Origin: a virus | Lineage: Duplodnaviria; Caudoviricetes | IMG/VR virus record: IMGVR_UViG_3300047160_036266 | Span: 64,001-128,000 of that record | DNA: 64,000 bases | Direction: 5' to 3' (one strand) | Shown here: positions 20,176-29,913 of the stretch, in pieces | Numbering within the stretch: position 1 is the stretch's first letter | How the letters are laid out: each line of letters begins with the position of its first letter | The notes under the pieces: model-generated | Databases searched by the model: none | Told to the model about the DNA's origin: nothing | What the model saw: the letters and a program-made list of their open reading frames with translations, nothing else | Translations under genes and position numbers: made by a program

Positions 20176-21110
20176 TGAAACAGATCAGCATGGACTTGGT
20201 TCGCGTGACGGAGGCCGCTGCTATCTCTGCGTCTGCCTGGATCGGGAGCGGGAACAAAGAAGAGGCCGACCGTGCCGCTACCGAATCCATGCGCGAGCGA
20301 CTGAACCAGCTTCCCATGTACGGTGTCATCCGTATTGGGGAAGGTAAAAAGGACGGGGCACCTGGCCTGTTTCGAGATGAAGAAGTGGGAGGACTCAAAG
20401 ACGCTCACATTCATTTGCCCTCCTTCGACATCGCCGTGGACCCCATCGACGGCACCACCCAGACCAGCATCGCCGGCCCGGAAGCCATGAGTGTGCTTGG
20501 GGTTGCGGAAGGTGGCTGCATGTTCCAGACGGATGAGTTTTACATGCTCAAACTGGCCTACGGCCCACAAATAGCTGCCAAGACTATGCTCACCGTCAAT
20601 TCTCCCCTGCAAGAAAATTTGAATCGTGCGGCGAAGGCGCTGGGCAAGGACATCACCAAGCTCACGGTTTGTATTTTGAATCGGCCCCGCCACGAGCAAT
20701 ACATCAATATAATGCGCGAAGTGGGTTGCCGGATCAAACTGATTCAGGACTGCGATATTTCCGGGGCCATTGCCACCTGTTTGCCCGACAGCGGCGTGGA
20801 CCTGCTTTTTGGCATTGGCGGTGCCCCGGAGGCCGTGCTGACTGCCTGTGCGATGAAGTGCCTGGGTGGTTATATGACCACGCTGGTTTGGAATAAAGAC
20901 AACGGCCAGCAGACTGGTTATACGCCACGCGAGCCGTACACGCAAAATCATCTGGTGCAGGGGAATTGTTGCTTTGCCGCCACCGGCGTCACCCACGGCA
21001 GCTTGCTCAAGGGCGTCCGCTGGACTTCCCGTGGTCCCGTCACTAACAGTGTCTTTATGCGCTCTGAGAGTGGAACGATCCGGTGGCTGACGGTGGAGCA
21101 TGGGAACTAG
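20172..21110 (+). CDS. glpX: class II fructose-1,6-bisphosphatase (GlpX)
   Basis: VRVTEAAAI, IGEGKKDGAP, DIAVDPIDGT, DRPRH-like NRPRH, GIGGAPEAV, FAATGVTHG. Confidence 0.95.
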   Translation: MMKQISMDLVRVTEAAAISASAWIGSGNKEEADRAATESMRERLNQLPMYGVIRIGEGKKDGAPGLFRDEEVGGLKDAHIHLPSFDIAVDPIDGTTQTSIAGPEAMSVLGVAEGGCMFQTDEFYMLKLAYGPQIAAKTMLTVNSPLQENLNRAAKALGKDITKLTVCILNRPRHEQYINIMREVGCRIKLIQDCDISGAIATCLPDSGVDLLFGIGGAPEAVLTACAMKCLGGYMTTLVWNKDNGQQTGYTPREPYTQNHLVQGNCCFAATGVTHGSLLKGVRWTSRGPVTNSVFMRSESGTIRWLTVEHGN

Positions 21111-21144
21111 GTTTACAAGTCGCCCCTTTCTGGAGTAATATAAC

Positions 21145-21753
21145 GTGGAGTTTGTCTTTATCCGACACGGGCAGAGCGAACACAATGCCCATCTTACCAC
21201 CGACCTGGACAGCGCCATCACGCCCGCCGGCGCTCAGCAGGCGAAAGAGTTGGGGAAGTGGCTGAATGCAAACTGGCCGTCTATCAGCACTTACGAGGGC
21301 CTATGTTCACCGTACCTGCGGTGCTTGCAAACGGCCCGGATACTGAAGGAGGAGTGCGGGCTGCGTAGCACGGTCGATCCAGGGCCGATGGAAATTCGTA
21401 TAGGATTTTTCCAGCCGGAAGTGCCGTGCCGGGTGGATGAGTACCGGGACATGAATTGGGACTTGTTCCCGGAGCCGATGAAGCTGGGCCGAGAGACAAT
21501 GGAGGAGTTCATGGCCCGGATGCAGGGCTTCTTGGACACCTTCGGGGTAAAGGGGAGGCATCCGGGCAAGAGTTGGTGGGAGCGCTGGGTGGTCATCAGC
21601 CACGGAACGCCGTGTGAGACGCTGGCAGAACTGGCGGCAGGGATATATAGAGTGCCTACCGACTTCGATAAGATGAAGAATTGTTCGCTGTCGTGGGTGG
21701 ATCAGGGCGAGATCGTTTATTTCAACAAGGTGGTTTATGGAGATCACGGATGA
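21145..21753 (+). CDS. histidine phosphatase (phosphoglycerate mutase family)
   Basis: FIRHGQS, SPYLRCLQTA, VISHG. Confidence 0.9.
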   Translation: MEFVFIRHGQSEHNAHLTTDLDSAITPAGAQQAKELGKWLNANWPSISTYEGLCSPYLRCLQTARILKEECGLRSTVDPGPMEIRIGFFQPEVPCRVDEYRDMNWDLFPEPMKLGRETMEEFMARMQGFLDTFGVKGRHPGKSWWERWVVISHGTPCETLAELAAGIYRVPTDFDKMKNCSLSWVDQGEIVYFNKVVYGDHG

Positions 21754-22183
21754 ACTGCTGGGCCGGTTCGTCAACGGGCAGTTCGAGTGGCAGCACATGG
21801 GGGAGGGCTGGATGTACCGGGGCCAGATTGCGGGCATCCAGATCGAGAAGAACCCCCGCCAGGGTGACATCTGGTTCAACTACAAGGTGACGATCCAGTT
21901 CGATTGGGTGGCGGAATTAAAAAAGGACCGGGGTGTGTGGGTCGAAATACCTGATAGGAGCATCACGTTCGACACCATGCTCTACAGCTTCAACTGGCTT
22001 GGTGCCAGTTTGCATCGCCCCGGTGAACGACTTGGAATGATGTCTCAGGTAACGGGGGAGTTGGGTGTCTTCTTCCCCCCAGGTGGCAGCGCTTTGGAAC
22101 GGGAGTCCATTCTGCCAAGAGAGGATAAAGATGGCTCGGAAGCCGGACCCGGAGTTGGTCAAGATGACCAAATCGCCGGATGA
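21737..22183 (+). CDS. hypothetical protein
   Basis: overlapping co-directional ORF. Confidence 0.6.
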   Translation: MEITDELLGRFVNGQFEWQHMGEGWMYRGQIAGIQIEKNPRQGDIWFNYKVTIQFDWVAELKKDRGVWVEIPDRSITFDTMLYSFNWLGASLHRPGERLGMMSQVTGELGVFFPPGGSALERESILPREDKDGSEAGPGVGQDDQIAG

Positions 22184-22739
22184 GTTATATCAGTGGCAGC
22201 GCAGTGTTGCCACCACCAAGGCCAAGGAAGTTATCCAAGCCTTGATGTACAAACTTCAGTCCAACTACGACGAGGGGAAGCCTTTCAAGTGGACTTTCCC
22301 CGACACGATCTCGACCATGAAGGAGGTTGTCAAGGAATTGGTGGTTGAGGCGATGGAGGCGCAGGGCTGGAAGATGAAGAAGGAAAAAGGCCGCTCCTAC
22401 ACCATCAGCAAAGGGTCCGCTTCTGCTTCTTCCGGCGAGGATTGGTACGGCACCGTTAAGATCGCCGGGGAGAATAGCGGCATCAGCCTGTTGGTAGTGA
22501 AGACCAACCCGGAAATGGAGACGGGCTACGACATCATCACCAGTTCCGACGAGGGCGGTTTGGACCACCACCCGGACAACTGGCATAAGCATGTGGCCGG
22601 TGACGACGTTCATGTTCTGCATGAGGACTCCGGCTGGACCTGGATCGGCAGAATCCACGGCGAGGCGACACCGGCGGAAGTGCAGGCCCTTGAGTTGTTG
22701 AAAATCCACCACGACGGAGGCAAACCGAAAGCAGCATGA
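22131..22739 (+). CDS. hypothetical protein
   Basis: GAGGA RBS before ATG 22131. Confidence 0.6.
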   Translation: MARKPDPELVKMTKSPDELYQWQRSVATTKAKEVIQALMYKLQSNYDEGKPFKWTFPDTISTMKEVVKELVVEAMEAQGWKMKKEKGRSYTISKGSASASSGEDWYGTVKIAGENSGISLLVVKTNPEMETGYDIITSSDEGGLDHHPDNWHKHVAGDDVHVLHEDSGWTWIGRIHGEATPAEVQALELLKIHHDGGKPKAA

Positions 22740-23293
22740 GCGACTTCTTCTTGGACTGGCACCTGGATGACTCCAACCCGCAGGTAGTCTATATCATGCG
22801 GGGCGTTCCGGGGTCCGGGAAGTCCTTCGAGGCGTTGTTGCTGGCCGCTGCGGAACAGATTTTCTCGTCGGATGGCTTCTTCGGTACGACTAAGGAGGAA
22901 TATATCGCCAACTGGAAAGCAGAGAAGCTGGGGGCGGCGCACAACTTCTGCCAGAAGAACGTGCGCATGGCGATGCAGCGCCGCCTGACGCCTATTGTCG
23001 TGGACAACACCAACGTGGTGTGCCGGGACATCATGCCTTATATCGAGATGGCTTTGCGCTACGGCTACCGGGCCGAACTCAAGGAGCCAAGCTCGGAGTG
23101 GTGGCAAACGCTGGTGGTGCCGTACCTGGGCAAGTTCGTCGCTTACCCGGATGAACTGGAGGTTGCGGCCAAGACCCTGTTTGAGAAGTGCCAGCACGGG
23201 GTTCCCTTGGTTACGATCCGCAAGATGCTGATTCGCTGGCACGTCAACGTCTCGGCGGCGGACATGATGAAGTCGATCTTGAGGAGGAAGTGA
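22736..23293 (+). CDS. P-loop polynucleotide kinase-like protein (AAA_33 / N4BP2-like)
   Basis: IMRGVPGSGKS, IVVDNTN, HGVP. Confidence 0.85.
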   Translation: MSDFFLDWHLDDSNPQVVYIMRGVPGSGKSFEALLLAAAEQIFSSDGFFGTTKEEYIANWKAEKLGAAHNFCQKNVRMAMQRRLTPIVVDNTNVVCRDIMPYIEMALRYGYRAELKEPSSEWWQTLVVPYLGKFVAYPDELEVAAKTLFEKCQHGVPLVTIRKMLIRWHVNVSAADMMKSILRRK

Positions 23294-23991
23294 TGAAGGT
23301 CGTGGCTATTTCGGATCAGCACGGATATTTGCCGGATATTCCGGCCTGCGATCTTCTATTGATCGCCGGGGATATTTGCCCGACCGTCAATCATCGGCCT
23401 GATTTTCAGGAGCATTGGCTCAACACCGACTTCCGCTACTGGCTCAAGAAGGTGCCGGCCCGCAAGATCGTGGGGGTGGCGGGCAACCACGATTTGATTT
23501 TTCAAAATGCGCCACATCGGGTGCCGACGCTTCCCTGGACCTACCTTCAGGACGCCGGCACCGAGTTTGAAGGCTTCAAGATTTGGGGCACGCCCTGGCA
23601 GCTTTACTTCTTCGATTGGGCCTTCAACCTCTATGAACCCGATCTGCTCAAAAAGTGGGCGCTCATTCCCAGCGACACCAACATCCTCGTTGCCCATAGT
23701 CCTGCTCGTGGCTACGGGGATGACGCCCCACGGGGCCGGGATACGGAGAAGGTCGGATCGCCCGGTTTGCTGGCGAAGATCACGGAAATCAAGCCCAAGC
23801 TGATGGTTTTTGGCCACATCCATGAAGGCCGTGGCCAATGGCAGTTGAATGACACCATACTGGCCAACGTCACCGTGGTGGACGGCAAATATCGCCTCGT
23901 TTACCCTCCGATGGTCTTTGAACTCACGGGGAAGACCGATGACGGGCATCGAGATGCTGACCGAGTGGATTCGGCGGGTGGGCAATCGTAA
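23293..23991 (+). CDS. metallophosphoesterase
   Basis: ISDQHG, AGD, GNHD, VAHSP, FGHIHE. Confidence 0.9.
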   Translation: MKVVAISDQHGYLPDIPACDLLLIAGDICPTVNHRPDFQEHWLNTDFRYWLKKVPARKIVGVAGNHDLIFQNAPHRVPTLPWTYLQDAGTEFEGFKIWGTPWQLYFFDWAFNLYEPDLLKKWALIPSDTNILVAHSPARGYGDDAPRGRDTEKVGSPGLLAKITEIKPKLMVFGHIHEGRGQWQLNDTILANVTVVDGKYRLVYPPMVFELTGKTDDGHRDADRVDSAGGQS

Positions 23992-24274
23992 GTACATGAC
24001 CAATGAGTGGCTGATGGCGGACGACATGAAGGTGTACGTCCGTAGGGGATACCACGTTTGCGGTTTTTGCCTCGACGTAGCTTCGGTGGAAGTTTATGAT
24101 AAGGGTCAAGGCACGTTCACGCGCTTTCTCGAAGTCGCCCACGCCCTGAACCCGTGGGATGCCACGTTTGTCGAGTGTGTGCATAACGAGCGCCTGGCTG
24201 CTTTCCTGGTTCGCAAAGGCTTTGCACGGGATACAGCCGACCCGCAGAGTTTTTACCTCAAGAAAGGATCGTGA
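23939..24274 (+). CDS. hypothetical protein, possible GNAT fold
   Basis: VASVEV...KGQGTF motif-A-like. Confidence 0.4.
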   Translation: MTGIEMLTEWIRRVGNRKYMTNEWLMADDMKVYVRRGYHVCGFCLDVASVEVYDKGQGTFTRFLEVAHALNPWDATFVECVHNERLAAFLVRKGFARDTADPQSFYLKKGS

Positions 24275-24480
24275 TGAGCGTCCGCATTCAACTTCGCCAG
24301 GGGGAACACGTCCAGGCAGCGATCCGCCGGTTCAAGAAGATCATCGAGCGCAGCGGCTTGATGCGTGAGGTTCGCCGCCGGGAACACTACCAGAAACCGT
24401 CGCTCCTGCGGCGGATAGCGAAGGCCCGCAAGAAGAAGGCCGCTCAGCGCAAGGAAAGCGAAAATGGACAACGACAATAA
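24271..24480 (+). CDS. rpsU: 30S ribosomal protein bS21
   Basis: GEHVQAAIRRFKK...GLMREVRRREHYQKPS. Confidence 0.92.
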   Translation: MMSVRIQLRQGEHVQAAIRRFKKIIERSGLMREVRRREHYQKPSLLRRIAKARKKKAAQRKESENGQRQ

Positions 24481-25078
24481 GAAGAACGCCCACGGCGGTT
24501 ATATGAAGATCGCTACCCTGGGGGACTATCTCGAACACGAGCGAATCAGTCGGGAATGGGTGCTGAAAAACCGCCCGGTTGAGGAACATGCCTCACACCA
24601 ACGCCGATGGGCAGAGGCCGAAGAACGCCGGGCTGGGATACTGGCACGGTTTCCGTTCAATGTGGTCTGCGAAGGTTCTTATCCAGAACATGATGTTGCC
24701 CACCGCTGGTGCTGGCAACAGTTCGGCCCGGTCCAGACCAACAAGTGCTACGACCATTACTCCGAGTACCCGGCTTGCCCCTTGGTCTTGGAAACCAGGG
24801 AATTAGCGTCGGGTAGCAACAAGGACGGTTCTCAATGGGCTGAATGGCGATATAAAGACCCCGGCGAGCATCGGCATGAGGGTGTGTGGACCACCTTCTG
24901 GCACGGCAAGACGGGTTACGACTACGGATTCTCGGAATACTGTTTCCAGAGTGAAGCTGACCGGGATCGCTTCAAGGAAATAGCGGAGAAGCTGGGTCTG
25001 GGTGAACTTTACGAAGACGACATGACCAAACCGGGGTGCGATCCTAATGGGATTCCGGGGGATGGTAAGGCCATCTGA
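24464..25078 (+). CDS. hypothetical protein
   Basis: co-directional overlapping ORF. Confidence 0.6.
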   Translation: MDNDNKKNAHGGYMKIATLGDYLEHERISREWVLKNRPVEEHASHQRRWAEAEERRAGILARFPFNVVCEGSYPEHDVAHRWCWQQFGPVQTNKCYDHYSEYPACPLVLETRELASGSNKDGSQWAEWRYKDPGEHRHEGVWTTFWHGKTGYDYGFSEYCFQSEADRDRFKEIAEKLGLGELYEDDMTKPGCDPNGIPGDGKAI

Positions 25079-25364
25079 TCTGATCGACGCCATCGGCGGC
25101 AGGTATTACGTCTTGCTCAACTGCGAGTTGATGCACCGGGCGGATTTCGACCTGGGTTGCACCGACGAAGAGGATAACGAGATCGCCAGTTGGGATGAGG
25201 CCGAAGACGCTCTGGATGAAGCTAGGTGGTATCGGCGGTCAATGAAAGCGTTGGGCGTTTTTGTGGAACCACGGGTGTTCCTCAAGGATGAGAAGGGGCG
25301 GATTTACGAAGTCTTCTACAACGACTACGGCGAGGTTTACTACTGCCCGGAAAGGTGCTTCTGA
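25062..25364 (+). CDS. hypothetical protein
   Basis: co-directional overlapping ORF. Confidence 0.55.
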   Translation: MVRPSDLIDAIGGRYYVLLNCELMHRADFDLGCTDEEDNEIASWDEAEDALDEARWYRRSMKALGVFVEPRVFLKDEKGRIYEVFYNDYGEVYYCPERCF

Positions 25365-25588
25365 TGCTTCCTCTAGGCAACATCATCCGCAAGTTCAACT
25401 TCGCCGCCCGCAAGTTGGAAATTACCACTGACTTTACGGCACCCCTAGACGACCTGACCCTCCACACCTTCCGGTGCAGCGAGGTTTACAACGTCGAGTA
25501 TCTGGGGTCTAATATCTGGGGGCTGCCGGACCTGGGGCGAACGGTTCACCTGACGGACTGGCAGCTTTTGAGTGTGGAGCCACGTTGA
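25364..25588 (+). CDS. hypothetical protein
   Basis: TGATG coupling. Confidence 0.5.
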   Translation: MLPLGNIIRKFNFAARKLEITTDFTAPLDDLTLHTFRCSEVYNVEYLGSNIWGLPDLGRTVHLTDWQLLSVEPR

Positions 25589-26001
25589 TGGACGAAGAAC
25601 GAGGTATGCTGGCGTTGGGCAAGAACGGGGATTGGGAAATGAACCTCGATGAAGCGGGGAACTTCCTGGCCCTCACCATCGAATACTCACCGCACAATGA
25701 ACAGGGGGAGGTCGATTCGCAATGGTATTGGGACATCCTGGTACACAGCGAGGACTCGCTGACCCGTCTCATGAAGATGGTCAACAGCCCGGTGGAGGAA
25801 CGGCCCGCTCACGCCATGATGGCTTTCGGCGTGTTCAACGGCATGGCGGTGGAGTTCGTGTGGGATGACGAGTTCGAGGACCGCATCTTTCTCAAGGCCA
25901 TTGGGGGAGTCAATGGCACCTTCATCTGGACCGTGGCGGGCCAGGCGCTCAAGGATTTCGCCGCCTGCCTCAAGGACTTAATCGAGGACTTGAACAAGTG
26001 A
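25585..26001 (+). CDS. hypothetical protein
   Basis: overlapping stop/start. Confidence 0.6.
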   Translation: MMDEERGMLALGKNGDWEMNLDEAGNFLALTIEYSPHNEQGEVDSQWYWDILVHSEDSLTRLMKMVNSPVEERPAHAMMAFGVFNGMAVEFVWDDEFEDRIFLKAIGGVNGTFIWTVAGQALKDFAACLKDLIEDLNK

Positions 26002-26414
26002 AACCGAAAGAGATTTTTGAAAAGCTCAAGACCCTCAACATCCGCATCTTTGCGCTGCGGCTGGGAGGGCACCGCCGGGAAACGATGCTCTATATCCACC
26101 CCGATAAAAGCACGGCGCAGTGGCGGAAAGACCTGGGTGATTTCCGTGACCACAGCGAGCGCGAAACCAGCGATTGGGCGGATGATCGGGTCTGGAACGA
26201 TCTGACCAGCTACCTGACCGGCCTGGGCTATTGCCAGGTGGAGGATGTGGCGGCAGACGTGTTCGAGGGTCGTATTGCAGCGACCGTTGCCAAGCTCGTG
26301 GATGATCCTGACCACGAGGAGCAGGAGGACGGCTTTGGTCACTTCGGCTGGGAGAGCAAGCCATGCAAAATGAAAGAAAGCCCTTCGGGGAGCGAACAGG
26401 CGAGGACTATCTGA
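25998..26414 (+). CDS. hypothetical protein
   Basis: GTGA overlap. Confidence 0.6.
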   Translation: MKPKEIFEKLKTLNIRIFALRLGGHRRETMLYIHPDKSTAQWRKDLGDFRDHSERETSDWADDRVWNDLTSYLTGLGYCQVEDVAADVFEGRIAATVAKLVDDPDHEEQEDGFGHFGWESKPCKMKESPSGSEQARTI

Positions 26415-26743
26415 ACGCCGCCAATGAGTCGATGGAACTGGCTCACGTTCTGGCGGGGCAGGGGCGCATCAGCGACCAGGACTTCCTCGAAAAAATGGCC
26501 CGTAGCGATAGCTTGGTGGACCATAGTGGGGAGACGTGCGGCATGTGCTTCAACATGATCGTGGGCGCTCAGGTGGCCCGTGAGATGTTGGAGGCGGGCG
26601 AATATGAGAATGTGGTCAACAAGTGGGCAACGGAAGCCCGCCGCCGCTGGGAGGAGGGCAAGTTCTTCAAACTGTGGCAGGAGGAAACAAAGGCCGGACG
26701 TGACCCACACAAGGCGTTCAAGGAACGGGGCTGGGAACCATGA
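26363..26743 (+). CDS. hypothetical protein
   Basis: co-directional run. Confidence 0.6.
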   Translation: MQNERKPFGERTGEDYLNAANESMELAHVLAGQGRISDQDFLEKMARSDSLVDHSGETCGMCFNMIVGAQVAREMLEAGEYENVVNKWATEARRRWEEGKFFKLWQEETKAGRDPHKAFKERGWEP

Positions 26744-27231
26744 AAGACATCTTCAAGCTGGGTGAAACGCACGTCGCCGTTATACCCACGATCATCAAAG
26801 AAATCGAGGACATGGAGAAGGTCGCCGCCGAGATGAAGGAGTTCGCCCGGAACAACCCCCACGATTACAAGGCGACCACGGCGGCGGTGATGAAAGCACC
26901 CCACCTGGAGGCCGAGAAGGACGCCACCGGACTGCTGCATGTGCGGGGCTATGACGACATCATCCAGAAATATAACCGCTTCATCATGTTCAACGGCTGG
27001 CTGTACCCCTTCCAGTTGACCTGGGTGCGCAACGCCACCCCCGAAGGCGTGATCGAGCAGTTGACCATTCTGGACTACGGACATAATCCGTTGGAATCGG
27101 AAATGATCCGCTGTATGGCGTCGTTTTTCTGGGATTTCGACAACAAGCCGGAGTGGCTGGCGGTGCAGCAGATTCTCGGCACCCCGCCCTACGCCGCTGT
27201 CCTTGCCCGTCTGGTGCCGCATGACGCCTAA
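26740..27231 (+). CDS. hypothetical protein
   Basis: ATGA overlap. Confidence 0.6.
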   Translation: MKDIFKLGETHVAVIPTIIKEIEDMEKVAAEMKEFARNNPHDYKATTAAVMKAPHLEAEKDATGLLHVRGYDDIIQKYNRFIMFNGWLYPFQLTWVRNATPEGVIEQLTILDYGHNPLESEMIRCMASFFWDFDNKPEWLAVQQILGTPPYAAVLARLVPHDA

Positions 27232-27604
27232 AGAAGCAATGGCACGCATCGAGAGCCTAGAGTTCTCGGTCGAGTTCAACGTGTGCAGCGGCCTGGAACA
27301 TTTATTGCGCTGCATCGAGGAAGATGAAGCCTTCAAGGTACTAGATACCCTGGAGCCGACCGGCAACCCCACGACCAGCGAGGGTGAACCGACCAAGAAG
27401 GCGACTCTGCACGAGCGCATTCTGGCACTGGTGTGTGAGCCGGCGGACCAGCAGTACGAACACCCCCGTGACATGGCCGTGGCGGCTTATTTGTGGTTGC
27501 TGCGGGATGCCCCGTTCTGGCGGGAAAATTCAGCCAGGTTGGTTTGGGTCAATCCGTTGAACGCCCATTGGTTCTGGGCAAGGAGGGTGGCTGAAAAGTT
27601 ATAG
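27221..27604 (+). CDS. hypothetical protein
   Basis: co-directional run. Confidence 0.55.
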   Translation: MTPKEAMARIESLEFSVEFNVCSGLEHLLRCIEEDEAFKVLDTLEPTGNPTTSEGEPTKKATLHERILALVCEPADQQYEHPRDMAVAAYLWLLRDAPFWRENSARLVWVNPLNAHWFWARRVAEKL

Positions 27605-27697
27605 GAGTTGACATGGAAGTTTTGGGAGTATTATTCATTCTGCTCATTGTGTGGTGGTTGTGGTGGATATTTCACCAGGATAGTGAGGACGATTAAC

Positions 27698-28206
27698 ATG
27701 GATGAGAAATTTACGTTTTTCTGGGGCGAGGCCCCATTTTCGCAGTGGTCGCCGTCCATATTTGAAGTTGGCGGCATCGAGTACACGCACGCCGAACAGT
27801 ATATGATGGCCGAGAAAGCCCGCCTGTTTGGCGATACCAAGACACTTCAGAAGATCATGAAAGCCGACCACCCGTGGATCAAAAGGCGCTGGGACGGGAC
27901 GTATCCCAATATGACGAGGCGACCTGGGTTGCCGCCCGCCGCAGCGTGGTCTACCGGGGCAATCTCGCCAAGTTCCAGCAGAATCCCGCCATGCGTGATA
28001 AACTCTTTGCCACGCAGGGCACTACACTGGTAGAAGCCAGCCCGAAAGATCGCATCTGGGGTATCGGCCTGGACCGTAAAGACCCCCGTGCGCAGAGGCG
28101 GGAAACGTGGCTGGGCAAGAACCTTCTGGGTGAAGTGTTGACCGAGTTGCGCGACAACCTGCTCCAACAAAAGGAAGAGGGATTGCGCAAAAAGAAAGCG
28201 ACCTGA
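27698..28206 (+). pseudogene. NADAR (YbiA/RibX-like) protein split by a 1-nt frameshift near 27870
   Basis: Frame 1: FSQW...EYTHAEQYMMAEKARLFGD...KADHP; frame 2 continues DQKALGRDV...AKFQQN...LVEASPKDRIWGIG...GKNLLGEVL. Confidence 0.85.
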
Positions 28207-28208
28207 GC

Positions 28209-28499
28209 ATGGTGCGAATCGTTCAGTGTTTGTGCCCGTCCCGGCACTGCATCTTCGCCATCTCCTACCTCCATCCCGACCTGAGCGACGAGGACGCCCT
28301 CCGGGCTGCGCAAGCCATGTGGGAGGAAATGTTGACCCAGGGCGTCAACCCCTGGTGCGCTTTGTGCAACAGTCGAACCCTGACCTTTGAGGCCGGCGAA
28401 ACCCGCTTCAAGACCATGAAAGAAGCGTACCCGCATCTGAAGGAGATGGAGCTTCGCCAGATCATGACCCAGCTTCACCTACTCTCGGAGCGCAACTGA
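28209..28499 (+). CDS. hypothetical protein
   Basis: co-directional ORF with CxC/CxxC. Confidence 0.55.
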   Translation: MVRIVQCLCPSRHCIFAISYLHPDLSDEDALRAAQAMWEEMLTQGVNPWCALCNSRTLTFEAGETRFKTMKEAYPHLKEMELRQIMTQLHLLSERN

Positions 28500-28729
28500 T
28501 GTTTGAAAAAGAACTATCGGAGGCCACACTGGAGCAGTGCGAGCCGCTAACCGTTATCTTTGCCGAGTACATCCCGGTGGCCGAGATCGAGGATCATGTG
28601 AACGCCCTGAAGCGGTTCTACGCCAGTCTGGGCGGCAAGGTGGAGGACGTTCGTATTTCAATTACGAAGTTACCGGACGGGAGGAACCGGCTGGACTTCA
28701 TTCCCAAGGTGCAACATGGATCATCGTGA
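28499..28729 (+). CDS. hypothetical protein
   Basis: TGATG coupling. Confidence 0.55.
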   Translation: MFEKELSEATLEQCEPLTVIFAEYIPVAEIEDHVNALKRFYASLGGKVEDVRISITKLPDGRNRLDFIPKVQHGSS

Positions 28730-29912
28730 AATCGGGCGGCGACTGGACCTCTTCATGCAGCACGAGCTTGCGCCCGGCTGTCCCATCTGGCTGCCCAACG
28801 GCACCATCCTCTACAACCTCCTGGCCGACCGCATCCGCAAATATAATGCCCAGCACGGCTACCATGAGGTTCGCACGCCGGTCCTGTGGAACCACGAGCT
28901 TTACAAGCTGTCGGGCCATTGGGATCACTACCAGGACTTCATGTTCGGGGTCCACGGGCGCGAGGAAGACAAGCTCTACAGCCTCAAACCGATGAACTGC
29001 CCTGGGCATATGCTCATATACAAGAGCAAGCAGTGGTCCTATCAGGACTTGCCCTACCGGCTCCATGACCAGGGCGTTCTGCACCGGGATGAAACGTCCG
29101 GCGCGATTGGCGGTCTGACCCGCTGCCGGGGGTTCTGCCAGGATGATGGCCACGTCTTCCTGCGGCCCGACCAGATTATGGATGAAGTTCGGGACATGGT
29201 GAAGATGGTGGATAACATCTACACCAACCAGTTTGAAATGCGCGACCTGCGCATGGTCCTTTCCACCCGCCCGGACAAGTTCATGGGCGACTCCGGGGAA
29301 TGGGACCATGCCGAGGCACAACTGAAGCTTGCCCTGCGCGACCACAACTTTACCATCGAAAACGGCGGCGGGGCGTTCTACGGCCCCAAGGTGGACTTCT
29401 TCGTGAAGGACTCCCAGGCCAAGGAGTGGCAGACGGCGACGATCCAACTGGACTTCCAGTTGCCCCAGCGGTTTCAGTTGGAATATACGGACCAGGACGG
29501 CGTGCGCAAGACCCCCGTGGTCATTCACCGGGCCTATTACGGCAGTTTTGAGCGGTTTATCGCCATCGTGCTGGAGCATTACCAGGAGAAACTGCCCTTC
29601 TGGCTGTGTCCGGTGCAGGCGATCTTCCTGCCCATTACCGACCGGCACATCGACTACTGCCGGGTTATGCAGAAGCATTTCGCCGGTGTCCTTCCGGTGC
29701 GCACCGAGGTCGATGAGTCCAACAATCGCATCAGCGCCAAGGTGCTGCACGCCACGGAGCGTATGATCCCCTATATGCTGGTGGTGGGGGATACCGAAGT
29801 CACCAACGACACCCTGAACGTGCGCCATCTCTACGACAAGACCTGGGAAGGCGAAAAGTCGTGGCGCTTGGTGGTGGATCGCTTTTTCGCCCTGGAAAAG
29901 CCGTCGTTTTGA
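28716..29912 (+). CDS. thrS: threonyl-tRNA synthetase lacking N-terminal TGS and editing domains
   Basis: begins at DHREIGRRLDLF; KPMNCPGH, HRDETSG, LTRCRGFCQDDGH, GGAFYGPKVD, TIQLDF, IHRA, anticodon domain PYMLVVGD. Confidence 0.95.
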   Translation: MDHREIGRRLDLFMQHELAPGCPIWLPNGTILYNLLADRIRKYNAQHGYHEVRTPVLWNHELYKLSGHWDHYQDFMFGVHGREEDKLYSLKPMNCPGHMLIYKSKQWSYQDLPYRLHDQGVLHRDETSGAIGGLTRCRGFCQDDGHVFLRPDQIMDEVRDMVKMVDNIYTNQFEMRDLRMVLSTRPDKFMGDSGEWDHAEAQLKLALRDHNFTIENGGGAFYGPKVDFFVKDSQAKEWQTATIQLDFQLPQRFQLEYTDQDGVRKTPVVIHRAYYGSFERFIAIVLEHYQEKLPFWLCPVQAIFLPITDRHIDYCRVMQKHFAGVLPVRTEVDESNNRISAKVLHATERMIPYMLVVGDTEVTNDTLNVRHLYDKTWEGEKSWRLVVDRFFALEKPSF

Positions 29913-29913
29913 G

